Assembly (NCBI GenBank): GCA_951406725.2
Contig: OX597819.1
Location: 24,118,001-24,182,000, forward strand
DNA: 64,000 nt
Direction of reading: 5' to 3'
Source: Octopus vulgaris
Taxonomy: Eukaryota
Positions within the stretch are counted from its first letter, which is position 1. Every line of letters begins with the position of its first letter. The translations under genes were made by a program, and so were the position numbers. Below are positions 40,672 to 54,387 of this stretch, one piece after another. The notes below the pieces were generated by a model. It made no database searches, had not been told where the DNA came from, and saw nothing but the letters and a program-made list of their open reading frames with translations.

Positions 40672-40838
40672 GCTACTACTTGTACCTCTTCCGTCACTAA
40701 TACTGCTCTCACTACCACCACTACAACTACTTTAACACCGCCACCACCACCATTATTAATATTACCATTACAACTACTACCACCACGACCACTACCATCT
40801 TTTCCAGCACCGATTACGCCACCATCACCACCACCACA

Positions 40839-40894
<56 letters not shown>

Positions 40895-40938
40895 CACTAC
40901 TACTACCACCACCACCGCCACTACTACCACCACCACCG

Positions 40939-40994
<56 letters not shown>

Positions 40995-41200
40995 GCTACT
41001 ACTACTACTAGTATTTGTACCTCTTCCGTCACTAATACTACTCTCACTACCACCACTACAACTACTTTAACACCGCCACCACCACCACCACCACCAGCAC
41101 CACCATTATTAATATTACCATTACAACTACTACCACCACGACCATTACCATCTTTTCCAACACCGATTACCACCGCCACAACTACTACTACTACTACTAG
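39698..41200. repeat. Higher-order tandem repeat: ~150-bp conserved core plus variable (ACT)n/(ACC)n spacer, 5 full copies and 1 partial
   Basis: ttgtacctcttccgtcactaatactactctc...ccattattaatattaccattaca...cttttccagcaccgattacgcc at ~39698, 39970, 40248, 40679 and 41013; partial at ~40563. Confidence 0.9.
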
Positions 41201-41758
41201 TAGTAGTAGTAGTAGTAGTAGTAGTTACTGCGTTTATTATGCCTCCAGTGCTAAGAGAAGTAGACGTCTATTAATGACCAGTGTGTCTGAAATAGTTAAC
41301 TTACATTGATAAATCTATATTAAACGAGATATTTACTCCCAGTTACGTAGAGAAATGATGAAGTGTTCGGCATTAGTAGAAATAATGTTCAGAGGAAATG
41401 CGTTGACTTAAAATATAAATATAGTTACAGTGAGGTGAGGAAGCTGTTCAGCGTTTCGGGTTCAAGACCTTTATGGAGGAAGAAAGGATGTTCTGTATGT
41501 TGTGGTTGAAGATTATCTTGAAATAGTTGTTAGTCGTGGAGACCGGAAATTGGTACGTTGCTTGATATTGATATATGGACTCTGTGGTGCGGAGAACGAT
41601 AGGTAGATGGTGATCTGAAATATGTCGGACATGTGTAACAGGAAGGGTGAGCAACGAGGAGACCCGGTGTGTGGGTGTTAAAGGGGCACATCACAAGGAC
41701 ACGGTCATTTGCGTGGAGATTTACAGAAAGGATGGGGCGAGTAGAAAAGACAATGTAC

Positions 41759-42096
41759 GGCGGCGAGTTAGCAGAAACGTTAGCAACGCCAGGCGAAATG
41801 CTTAGCAGTATTTCGTCTGCCGTTACGTTCTGGGTTCAAATTCCGCCGAGGTCGACTTTGCCTTTCATCCTTTCGGAGTCGATAAATTAAGTACCAGTTA
41901 CGCACTGGGGTCGATGTAATCGACTCCATCCGTTTGTCTTTCCTTGTTTGTCCCCTCTGTGTTTAGCCCCTAGTGGGTAGTAAACAAATAGGTATTTCGT
42001 CTGCCGCTACGTTCTGAGTTCAAATTCCGTCGACGTCGACTTTGCCTTTCATCCTTTCGGAGTCGATAAATTAAGTACCAGTTACGCACTTGGGTC
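41759..42096 (+). mobile_element. SINE group 2 with partial second body unit
   Basis: Head ggcggcgagttagcagaaacg plus two cores. Confidence 0.85.
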
Positions 42097-42099
42097 GAA

Positions 42100-42560
42100 A
42101 TAAGAAAATACAATGAAATGCGATAAAAGTATACATGGTGCACAATATATGTGATAATATGAATAATGCAGCCCTCCTGATACAGGAGAAACTCCAGTTA
42201 GGGCCAATCAAAGACCCCCACAGATTCAGGATTACCCTGACCATCAAAGGCACGAGCTCTCTCTCCTGCTTTTCAATCTGCAGACGCATACATAGAGTAA
42301 GGTCATTCACTTTAACCATTTTTTCTACAATCACCCATCTTTTCACAAATTCAGAGGGAGGTAACACTTCATCCTCTAACCGCACTCTTCTTTCCTAGTG
42401 GAACTAAAAAGGTCGATGAGAGCTTGACTGAAGAGGAAAGTGTCTTCACTCAATCCTTTCAGCCTCGTCCACCATACAGCCTCTTTTGCCATAGGCTCTA
42501 GACAGAAGAACACTGCCTACTCTGACTTGTTAAAGGTGTGCGGTGGGGTGATCCACACGA
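42100..42560 (-). mobile_element. 3' end of an L1/Tx1-like LINE ORF2 plus UTR, decayed
   Basis: Minus translation ITPPHTFNK..AVFFCL..MAKEAVWWTRLKGL...RVRLEDEVLPPSEFVKRW resembles L1/Tx1 ORF2 C-termini; a similar UTR remnant lies at ~23720-23960. Confidence 0.55.
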
Positions 42561-44441
42561 TGCGGTGCTAATTACGGTAACTGGAGTCCCACCAGGCCTG
42601 GATTTATGGCGGACTTTCGCCTGTATTTGTACGGACGGGGTAGAGAATCTCCTGGATGTTAAAAGATCGAGGAGGGAGAATTGGGTTGGGACTCCTTTGG
42701 CAGTTCTCCACGTGAAGCCAGAACAGTTAGAGAAAGTTCCAGACCTGATTTCTCTGTGGAAAAAATATACAAGACACAGACTCCTCCACGCATTCAAGTG
42801 ATGATAAGGAGAACCACTCCAGCACAAACAGCACCAGGAGGTTAAGTGACACTCACTTACTTTTTTCTGTTCTTACTTCCTGGCCTTGCAAGAGAAAATA
42901 TTCCAGCATTTGAATTAAAGGTTGTCTACTGGAATAAGAATGTGGATCAAAAGAAGTTTTGAGTAGATTGTGAAGATATTGATTTTGGTGACATCCAAAA
43001 GTCAATTACGAATCTCTTATTAACTTCTAACAGTAATTCTATAATTTCTTTTCAGAGCTCGATTCACATTGTATCAGTTGTGTTGTCAATCCCTTTAATT
43101 GTAAATTTGCTGGTGTGTCTGAAGAGAATGAAAGGTCTGTAAAGACATTTCTCCATCTTCCTGTAAATACTAAAGCACTCGTGGAATTTCAGAATACGAT
43201 ACATCTCTAATAATTTTGGACGCAAAAGCTTTCCAAAGAGCAAATTCTTGAAAATTTCTCCACCATAACTTTTGCTATTTTAAAAGTATAGTACAGAAAT
43301 CTGTTAAACCCCGAAGACATTATTCAATTTCTGTCATTAAAACACTCGTTTTTGATGTTTGTATTTAAAAATGAAGCAGTATTATTTCACCGCCGCACCC
43401 CACGGGAAAAAAAATTGAAGCGAGGAAGTGTTAAACGAAAAATTTTAGATTCTCTGTTCTTATTTAATTTGATACCAGTCTAACTCTTGATATTAATTAA
43501 TCCACTTTGGAGTCGATAAAATAAGAATCAGTTAAACAGCCTTCTCAAAAATTCCTGACCTTGTTCCAAAATTTGAAACCAATATTATTGAATCCACTAT
43601 GGTGTCCAGTTGGCAGAATCATTAGCACACCGGGCAAAATCCTTTACGTTCCGAGTTCAAATTCCGCTGAGGTCGACTTTGCCTTTCGTCTTCTCGGGAT
43701 CGATAAAATAATCACCACTCGATGTAATCGACTTATCAATCCTTCTAAAACTGCTGGCCTTTGAGCCGAAATTTCAAATCAGTTTTAATTAATTCAATAG
43801 ATATTCATAAAATGAATATCCATATGAAACAATTTTAAGAGCGTGTGACCCTTTTTACCCCCTTACCTTCCAGTCAGGGTCCAATTTAATTTTACTAGGA
43901 TAAATTTTCGGGTAATACCTAAAAAAAGATATCGGACTCGGTCATAACAACGCAGCCGTGCAATCCTTTAAGCACATAGCTTAGCACCCTACGACGAATA
44001 TATTTTTCAGAGTTGCTCAAATCACTTGTTGACATTTCTTCAGTATTCTACTTATGTCTTACAGAGTTTAAAAAGTTTAGATGCTCACCCACTGAATAAT
44101 TGTTTAACATTCTAAATACTTCTACACAATCTATTGCATTCACGTAGCGCATCACTTTAGTTACAGAACGCGTTTATTCTTAATTCTTGTTTGTGTTTTC
44201 GGAATTTCTAAAATTTCGATGTTTATACATGTAATTATCTATTTCTATGACCCTAACTCCACATCCCTCAAACTACGCAAATGTTTAGGATTATATAAGA
44301 TGCTTATATGTATGTATTTATTTTGATATACAAAAGAATAAAAAGTAGGTATAAAAAATGTAATTTTTGTAACATATTTACAATTTTACACATGAATGCG
44401 CCTATATATATACACACAAAACTATAGACATAAGTACATAA

Positions 44442-44579
<138 letters not shown>

Positions 44580-44622
44580 GTCTGTCTGTATGTCTATCTA
44601 TCTATGTATCTGTCCGTGTGTG

Positions 44623-44654
<32 letters not shown>

Positions 44655-44685
44655 CAGATAGATAAATAGACAGACAGTTAGATAA

Positions 44686-44727
<42 letters not shown>

Positions 44728-45354
44728 TTTAGAAATAGACTAGTAAGGTTATAAAGCAAGAAGGATAAAAACGAATAATACAAGAAGTTAAAGAAGTAGC
44801 ACACGTGGAAAGAAAATCGTAGAAGAATGGAACGAAAGAGCAACACTGGGAGAATATGCACAATGAAACTAAGGACGCTAATAAAAGAAACAAGAGAGAA
44901 ATATCCGATACCGAATTTAGACTTAAATTAGGTGTATCATATATTTTCCCTTTTTCTCTTGCTTCTCTTATTCCTTTTCCTTCTCTATATCTAAGGATAT
45001 AACCAGTAGAGAAAAGTAAAAATGTGAAACTATATCGAATTTACGACATACGCTTACAAGAAAGGCCTCAGGTAATATCCATATAAAACTACGCTCTGCT
45101 AAGCATGTTTCTTTATATGGCGGTGCCCCAGCATGGCCACAGCTCATGAGCTGAAACTAGATAAAATAAAAAAATAAAATAAAATAAAAAATATATACTT
45201 CAAATATACATTTCCAAAATCCTCCCCGCAGATAAAGCCTTAATCACGAGAAAGCTCCATAAGAAATTTACAATAAATTAATTCGGTTCGAGTTACTACT
45301 AGGTTAACCTGAAAAGGGACATGGATGTTAGAGGGCTTCTAATATACTAAGCAA

Positions 45355-46007
45355 AGTTCAAATTCCGCAGAGGTCGACTTTGCTTTTCATCCTTTCGGGA
45401 TCAATAAATTAAGTAACAGTTGCGTACTGAGGTCGATGTAATCGACTGGCTCACTCCCCTCACCCCAAGTTTTGGGCCTTGTGCCTAGAGTAGAAACGAA
45501 TATGCTAAGCAAAGTAGATACGAGCGTATTTATTGTTTGCAGAATTACACATGCAATCAACTCATTTAAAGGTAGGATGGAATTATGTACATATCAATGT
45601 ATATTAATAATATTTTTACTCTAGGCACAAAGCCTGAAATCTTTGGGGAGAGGGCCAGTCGATCAGATCGACTCCTGTACGCATTTGGTACTTAATTTAT
45701 CGACCCCCGAAAGGATGAAAGGCAAAGTCGACCTCGACGTAATTTGAACTCAGAACGTAAAGACAGACGAAATACCTATTTCTTTACTACCCACAAGGGA
45801 TAAACACAGAGAGGACAAAAAAGGACAGACAAACTGATTAAGTCGATTATATCTACCCCAGTGCGTAACTGGTACTTATTTAATCGACCCCGAATGGATG
45901 AAAGGCAAAGTCGACCTCGGCGGAATTTGAACTCAGAACCTAGCCGCAGACGAACTACTGCTAAACATTTCGCCCGGCGTGCTAACGATTCTGCCAGCTC
46001 GCCGCCT
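45355..46007. mobile_element. Two SINE group 2 copies, tail-to-tail (+ 45355-45495, - 45610-46007)
   Basis: Core motifs on opposite strands. Confidence 0.8.
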
Positions 46008-46643
46008 TCGATGTACAAAATAACGTGGAACGTGTTACATGTAGCAATCTCTCTCTCTCTCTCGCCCTTCCTCTCTCGCTCCAAAATCTCTAAAAGAGGT
46101 CATATACGAATTCCGGAGAAGCATTCGCTGTATGTATACATGCATGTATGTACACACACACACACACACACACACATCTATATATATGCGCGTGGGTGTG
46201 TGTGTGTATATATATACACAAAGAAAGAGAGGAGATGCGAGAGAGAGAGTGAGAGAGAAAGAGTGAGAAAGAAAGAGAGAGAGATATAGATGTATTTGCA
46301 GACACAACAAAAATTCTTGATTTATCAAAAAGGATCTCCACCTGTAGAGGATGCTTCATAATTACCAAACGTCAATTAAGGCCAACTTCACATGACAAAG
46401 GTGGATTATCTCAAGAATCAAGAGTTCTCCAAACTTGACATGCCATTGACGAAAAGGAAAGACTTATTCTCTGAAGAGGATAGTAATGAACACGTGGTTT
46501 TACCCCAATAGGTATCATCAGCATTATAATTATGCTGTCTTATCTCCAGTAACCAGGGGACATACTCATAAACAAAAAACACTTTTGCCGCTTAGGTAAT
46601 TTGCATAATATCTATCTGCCGTATCTCTCTTCCTCCCCTCTCT

Positions 46644-46742
<99 letters not shown>

Positions 46743-46928
46743 GTCTGTATGTCTGTCTATCTATCCTGTGTAGGTGAAAATATAATAGTCCTAGTGTCTG
46801 GGTGAAGATGTATGCACGCGTATGTATTTATATGTACAAACACACATACACACACACACTCAAACACACACACACACTCACACACACACACATACACACA
46901 CACTCACACACATATACATATATATATT

Positions 46929-46959
<31 letters not shown>

Positions 46960-46999
46960 GTATGTATGTATGTCTATCGCTCTCTATATACATACAGAT

Positions 47000-47250
47000 T
47001 TTCTATATAACCTCTCGAAAGAGCTGAGAGATCTACATAGTGTGGATGCAAATGTCTTCAGAACTAAACTGGATCTCCTACTGCCAAGAGACGCAGATGA
47101 GACATCTTCACGGCAGGAAACGGCAACGGGGGAAGCATCCTCAAACTCCCCCATTCACTGAATGCTAAACCATTAAAAAAGGATCAATGAAGGTGTAGCA
47201 ACAACAGTTGGCGGTGACCCAGCATGGCCACAACCCTTGACCTGAAACTA
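47000..47250 (+). mobile_element. 3' end of a CR1-like LINE
   Basis: YNLSKELRDLHSVDANVFRTKLDLLL..DADE...SSNSPIH resembles CR1-group ORF2 C-termini (FKxxLD...PDEP...SNS); tail ggcggtgacccagcatggccaca...ctgaaacta. Confidence 0.65.
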
Positions 47251-48047
47251 GAATACGTATATATATATATATATATATATGGTTACAGTAGTACTTTTAT
47301 ATACAAATGTGAAACTCATGAGAACACAAAAATGACAGCCGTTTCTCTGTGTTGATGAATTAAGCACAATCACTCCCACTCTTTCCCTTTGTGTCTCTTA
47401 AAACATTCCTATCAATTCTCCTTCCAACTGTTTCCTTTCCACTGCTGCCAAGTACGGAATAAGGTCTTGTATGGTATTTTTCATAATTCTGTCAACGATC
47501 TCTAGAAATAGCTTGACTACTCCAATTCCATCGTGAGATATTATCAAAGAGTATGTAAAACATCTTGTTTCGAGGACCCTTATCTCTTTAGAATATAACG
47601 ACTAACATTTAAATGTAATTCTTTCGCAGCTGCACGGAGAAAGTTTTCAGTAACAACGGTGGTACAACAGTCTCCACAACAAGAACACGAATAAGAAGAA
47701 CAACATTATAAAAACAAAAATGACAAAAATATACAATAGATAACAGTAGAAAAATACTAAGACAAACAACAATGGTACCGTTATGATAATAATACAAATA
47801 ACAATAGCTTCCTCCCCTTCGTCGCACAAGGTCAGACGTGTAGAGGAGGAAACAATATAGTCAATTAAATCTTACTGAGGCACATAATTCGTGGTAACAG
47901 TAGATGGATGGTTCGTATAACCCCAAATAGTTAGTTATAAGGCACATCGGCTCCACCAAATTTTGAACTTGGAACGTCTGGGTTAGAAAGTACTCAGCAA
48001 TGTCTGCGAGCTTAGTTAATGTCTGCTAGCTTAGTCCTTTCCACTTA

Positions 48048-49045
48048 AGGTGGCGAGCTGGTATAATCGTTAGCCCGCCGGAGGAAGTGCTTAGCGGCAT
48101 TTCGTTCACATTTACGCTCTGAGTTCAAATTCCGCCGAGGTCGACTTTACCGTTCATCTTTTCGGGTTCGATAAAATTACCTGTTCAGCTCTAGGGTCAA
48201 TGCAATTGACTTATTCTTTTCTCCTAAAAATTGTTGACCTTCTTCCAAAGTTTTAAACTAATATCTTTTCCAACATAAGCACAAGGCCTGAAATTTTGAG
48301 GGAGGAGCTAGTCGATTATAATGTGTCCTTCTCTAGTTGATTTGAGGGAGATTTTGCTGCTAGTTCTAGCATATTGAATAACAACATAGATGGTCTCCTA
48401 TTGGCTCAAACGCATTATTGTTTCAAATATTGGCACAAGGCCGGTAATTTTAGGAGGTGTGGGGGAGTTATTCAGTTACGTCGACCTCCCCCAGTACTTT
48501 ACTGGTACTTATTTCATCAAGTCCGAATGGATTAAAAGCAATGTCGATCTCGGGGTGGAATTCGAACCCAGAACGTAAAAACGGAAGCAATGCTGCAAAG
48601 CATTTTGCTCGGCGTGATAACGATTCTGCCAGCTCGCCGCCTATATAAGAGTAAAATATTCTTTTCTACTCCAGGCACAAGGCCCCAATTCTTTGGGGAG
48701 GGGGACCAGTCGATTAAATCGACCTCAATATGCAGCTAATACTTAATTTATAGACCCCGATAGGATAAAAGGCGAAGTCGATCTCGGCAGAATTTGAACT
48801 TAGAACGTAAAGACAGACGAAATACTTATTTCTTTATTGCCTACAAGGGGCTAAACATAGAGGGGACAAACGGATTAAGTCGATTACATCAACCCCAGTG
48901 CGTAACTGGTACTTTATTTATCGACCCCGAAAGTATGAACGGCAAAGTCGACCTCGGCGGAATTTGAACTCAGAACGTAACGGCATACGAAATACCGCTT
49001 GGCATTTCGCCCAGCGTGCTAACGATTCTGCGGGCTCACTGCCTT
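48048..49045. mobile_element. SINE group 2 cluster (+ 48048-48260; - 48420-49045)
   Basis: Head and core motifs. Confidence 0.8.
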
Positions 49046-49327
49046 ATAATAGAAAAATATTGATCATATTAATTCAATGGATGGTACTTTAATTAATTGA
49101 TCGGTATAAGGATGAGATGTGAAACGATTCTTGTAAGATTTGAACCCTGAACTTAAAAAAGATGTAACTAAATACAGTAAATCATTTTGCCAGTTGATCT
49201 ACCGAGTGTGTGTGCAATATCACTATTTTAAATATAAACTTTGATAATGTTTCTGAAGTCTGTTTTCAAACAAACAGAAGATATATAATCGCTAAGTATG
49301 CACGATTTTCATATATTGTAAACATAT

Positions 49328-49362
<35 letters not shown>

Positions 49363-49399
49363 TACACACAGAGGCACAAACACGTACAAACATACATAT

Positions 49400-49460
<61 letters not shown>

Positions 49461-49595
49461 GAAAGAGAAAGAGAGAGAGAGAGAGAGAGACTTACCTCCA
49501 ATTACACACACATACCCACGCATATACGTAAATGTATATATATGCATACACATATACATTTATACATTACACATGCATTCACACACACACATATG

Positions 49596-49626
<31 letters not shown>

Positions 49627-49753
49627 ATATGTATGCATGTCTGTGTGTGTGTATGTGTGTATGTATATATATATGTGTGTGTGTGCAGATATATGTGTAT
49701 ACATATAAATACACACATACATATACATATACATTACATTCTCTCTCTGTACG

Positions 49754-49886
<133 letters not shown>

Positions 49887-50052
49887 CACACAGACACGCT
49901 CAGACACACGTATTCACATTCGTTTCAATATGTAAATGTTATTTGTAAATGTCTGTATTTGTGTATATATTAAATGTTTGTTTTCGTAGTTGTTTTGGTT
50001 TGACATTCTTTAAACTATGTTTCTTTTCCACCACTGAATATATAATATATTC

Positions 50053-50122
<70 letters not shown>

Positions 50123-50396
50123 CACAAAAACAACTTCGTATACAAAATACTATTCAAGTATATAATTCGATGTATTTCGTTTAAGAAGCACACTTTAGGA
50201 CCTCCCGTGATGTCTGTTATAGGGCAGCTGTTAAACCAAACTCGTTTGTTCTAAAACTATATTATGTTCTCTTCTCAGTGCACTAGAAATGGATAAAACA
50301 AAAGTGGGAGGGTAAAGTTTGTTGCGGTGGATAAAGATTAAATATTCTTAAGATATATATTTCATTCTTCTCTTTTCTTTGCTCAGTTCAAATCTC

Positions 50397-50843
50397 GGAT
50401 CTTTTCGGTTTGAACGGCAGTTTTTTCTAGCGGTGTCATATGAAATTCTCACCCATAATTATGACCCTAGTATCGATCTATTGCATTTCAATCTGTTTTA
50501 GGGTTAGGGTTAGTTAGGGTTAATTAGGACTAGAGTTAGGGTTAGGAGTTGGGGGAAGGGTATCTTTTTTCTTCAGAAATGTAAATAAACCAAATCTGTT
50601 TCTTAAACGGGGGACATATTCATAGGCACAGAATGTTTTTCACCTCAATAGACTTCATTGATTGGTTGAAATGGCAGAAATTGAAGAAAAAAAGCAACAA
50701 ATATCTTACAAACTATAGAATTTTCTCAATAAAGCCAAGAGAAAAAGATGTGTTATAAACACATTCTACCGGTGTGCGAAGTTTAAAAGTGTTTAGTTAC
50801 GTGGAAATTATTTTAAAAACTGCCGTTCAAACCGAAAAGATCC
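50397..50843. mobile_element. Non-autonomous DNA transposon with 29-bp perfect TIRs, 8-bp TSD and internal TTAGGG repeats (Merlin- or hAT-like)
   Basis: TIR ggatcttttcggtttgaacggcagttttt and its exact reverse complement; TSD caaatctc at 50389-50396 and 50844-50851. Confidence 0.92.
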
Positions 50844-50907
50844 CAAATCTCGCCAAATCAGTATTGGCGTAAGACCTTCGTAAATTTACGTGGTATCAGT
50901 TTTGTAG

Positions 50908-50943
<36 letters not shown>

Positions 50944-51857
50944 ATAGTAGTAGTAGTAGAAGTTTTTCTGACTTGAGTCCCAGTACTTACCAGGTTGGTA
51001 ACCTTGTTTCCATGGTGTGTACGTGACTAATTTCACAACATTCTTCCTGAACTGGATAGTGTCCATCGCAGAAATAACTTCCCACCAACTGATGGAACTC
51101 ATTTGCAGCTGAATCAACTGAGCAACGGAGAATAAAGTGTTTTGCTCAAGAATACAACACACCGCCCTGTCCGGGAATCGAAATCACAACCTTGATCAAT
51201 AGTTCACGCGCCTTCACAATTATTCGGATACGAGTCATATATTATATACGCACCAAGGATGGCTTAATACCGACTACAATACACACACATTTTATTTTAG
51301 TTTGTAGAATGGCCTAGTGATTTGGATGTTGTCATCGCGATCACGAGATCGCGGTTTCGATTCCCAGACCATCTGCGTGTTGTATCCGTGAGCAAAAGAC
51401 TTCATTTCCCGTTGCTCCAGTTCACCCAGAAGTAAATGGGTAACATTGTGACAGATTGGCTTACAAGAATGAAATTGTGACTCTAGAAAATCAGCCGAAC
51501 ACAAGTCTTCCGAGTCACGTTTTGCACTCAGCGACCGAAAGGGCGAATAGTACAGCCTATACTGTGAATCCCGACTGTTTGGGATTGGTTTTTCAACTAC
51601 GCCGAAGATCAATCAATCAGTCCATGGAACTGGGAAAAAACTAGAATAGTCAGTACAAGAGTGAATGTTTTAAAATATCCAATAAACAACTATGTTATGC
51701 GGAAAACCTACATAGCATGTGTATTGAATAAGAGAAGAAACGGGAACAGTTGAGAAGGTAGCATATAGAAAACGTGGAAAGTTACGAAAAGGTAAAAATT
51801 ATAAAGTAGAAAGGGTAAAAGAGTTAATCTTCTTAGACCTTAAGATATACGGCAGGA

Positions 51858-51894
<37 letters not shown>

Positions 51895-51962
51895 CACTTT
51901 TTTGCTGATCTTACCATCACGGAACAGTACATTATGTATAGTGTTATGTATCTTGTGTGTGC

Positions 51963-52031
<69 letters not shown>

Positions 52032-52169
52032 TGTGTGTGTGTGTGTATGCATGAATGTATTTATGAAAATGTCAGTACTTATCTGCACCTATAGAACTGG
52101 GGAATTAAGCCAACCAGTTATTGAATACCTACAGCTCTAACTCGATTTGTTAAGTGCGACTTTCTTCGT

Positions 52170-52264
<95 letters not shown>

Positions 52265-52371
52265 GGAGATATACATACATACATATACACGCACAAATAC
52301 ACACACATATATTCGTATATATATGTGTATATATATATATGTATAAATATATATGTATGAACATATATATC

Positions 52372-52404
<33 letters not shown>

Positions 52405-52421
52405 ATGTATATATATATATG

Positions 52422-52457
<36 letters not shown>

Positions 52458-52519
52458 CATATATATATATATATATACATTCATATATACATACATACAT
52501 ACATACATACATACATACA

Positions 52520-52551
<32 letters not shown>

Positions 52552-52827
52552 CATATATATATGGGCGTGTTCCTTTTCGGGTTATGTTATACTACGTCCA
52601 AGGTGATAATTGTGAAAATATTAGATATAAACATAACATTTTTCCAAATCTGACGTCACGCGTATTTAGATTCAGCTATGGATAAACATGTACCATTCTC
52701 GAAAACGGAAATTTCTGCAAACCATTTAGAAGATTGTGTGTGTTTATATACACGTGTATATGTGTACATTCATACATACATGCATACATACATACATACA
52801 TACATACATACATACATACAAACATAC

Positions 52828-52858
<31 letters not shown>

Positions 52859-52953
52859 CATACATACATACATACATACATTCATACATACATACATACA
52901 AATTTATGAAGGTATGTATCTACAAACATATATACTTATATATACAAGATACA

Positions 52954-53015
<62 letters not shown>

Positions 53016-53461
53016 CAGTTGTATGTATTTTCTATACATCAGAATATATATGTGTATATATTCATTTGCATATACACACACACACACGTATATATATGTG
53101 TGTGTGTGAGTGTATGTACGTAGCCCTCTCCGACTCTCCTATACGTGCACATACAATCTTACAGTCATACATACACATGTATATGTACCAGGGTGTGTGT
53201 GTGTGTGTACTTCTATTCGTGTTTTACCGATGTCTATTGTATAAACATATACGCAAAACAATAATGATAATTAAAAGTCAACAACTTAGAGAAGCAGCCA
53301 CAAGAACCAAACGCAATTTAATGACATAGAAATCAGGTTCATCGGACAGTTGCCAATCTACTAATTAAACTTGCACCAGGAAACAGGTACACTCTATCTG
53401 GAAAAGAATTTCTTGTTAAAAACATAGATATATACACAGTCATGCATATACACCTACATAA

Positions 53462-53625
53462 GGCGCAGGCCTGGCTGTATGGTAAGAAGCTTGCTTCCCA
53501 ACGGCATGGTTCTGGGTTCAGTCCCACTGCGTGGCATTTTGAGCAAGTGTCTTCTACTATAGCCCCAGGCTGACCAAAGCCTTGTGAATGGATTTGGTAG
53601 GGGGAAACTGAAAGAAACCCGTCCT
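53462..53625 (+). mobile_element. SINE group 3, 5' half
   Basis: ggcgcaggcctggctgtatggtaagaagc...gaaactgaaagaaacccgtc. Confidence 0.8.
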
Positions 53626-54164
53626 ATATATATGTATATATATAAAGCAATAATAAATCTCTGAACAAGATGTAAACAGTAACTGCTCGACAACGTAAAG
53701 TATACTAGCCATCTCAATATGGCTAACCACAAAGGGTGGGTGTTACTGTAGCTTTTAGCCCCAGGAGATCATCGTCTCCAGCTAGCTTTAGACACACTTT
53801 CTGTGCCCTTCTGATATTTGCAAAGGGAGGTCATCCCTCTCTCGTAAACCTAAGTGATACGCACGGACTGCAGTTTCGAGGTAATTTGCAAACAGGTCAC
53901 TCCTCATCGAAAATCGGTGATTGCCATACGTTGACAAGAGGCAAATTACCTCGAAACTGCAGTCCGCTGCTAACATTATGTTCGTGGGAAAAATATAAAC
54001 ATCTTATACTTTGTTTTCCATTTAGCATAATCCAATGGATAGCCAGTCTATGTTAAATTCCTTGACAAAGGATATCTGATGACCATAGAATTTCTAAACC
54101 ATTGGCTTCCTTCGGGTATTTCTTTACAAAACGGTAGATACTGACAAGGTCACCACACAAGTAT

Positions 54165-54387
54165 ATATTTCCTTACTACGCACAAGGGGGTAAACACAGA
54201 GGGGACAAACAAGGACAGACAAAGGGATTAAGTCAATTACATCGACCCTAGTGCGTAACTGGTACTTAATTTATCGACCCCGAAAGGATGAAAGGCAAAG
54301 TCGACCTCGGCGGAATTTGAACTCGGAACGCAACGACAGACGAAATACGGCTACGAATTTCGCCGTATTTCGTCTGTCGTTGCGTTC
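54165..54387 (-). mobile_element. SINE group 2 ending in a perfect fold-back
   Basis: Core on the minus strand; 26-bp inverted duplication at 54326-54351/54362-54387. Confidence 0.85.

Noticed and set aside
39698-41200. CRISPR-like repeat-spacer array
   Set aside because: Repeats are ~150 bp, spacers are simple trinucleotide runs, there are no cas genes, and the context is eukaryotic.
41448-41750. Possible APE endonuclease remnant on the minus strand (VLVMCPFNTH, SDHHLP)
   Set aside because: Only two short degenerate motifs with wrong spacing; cannot be supported without a search.
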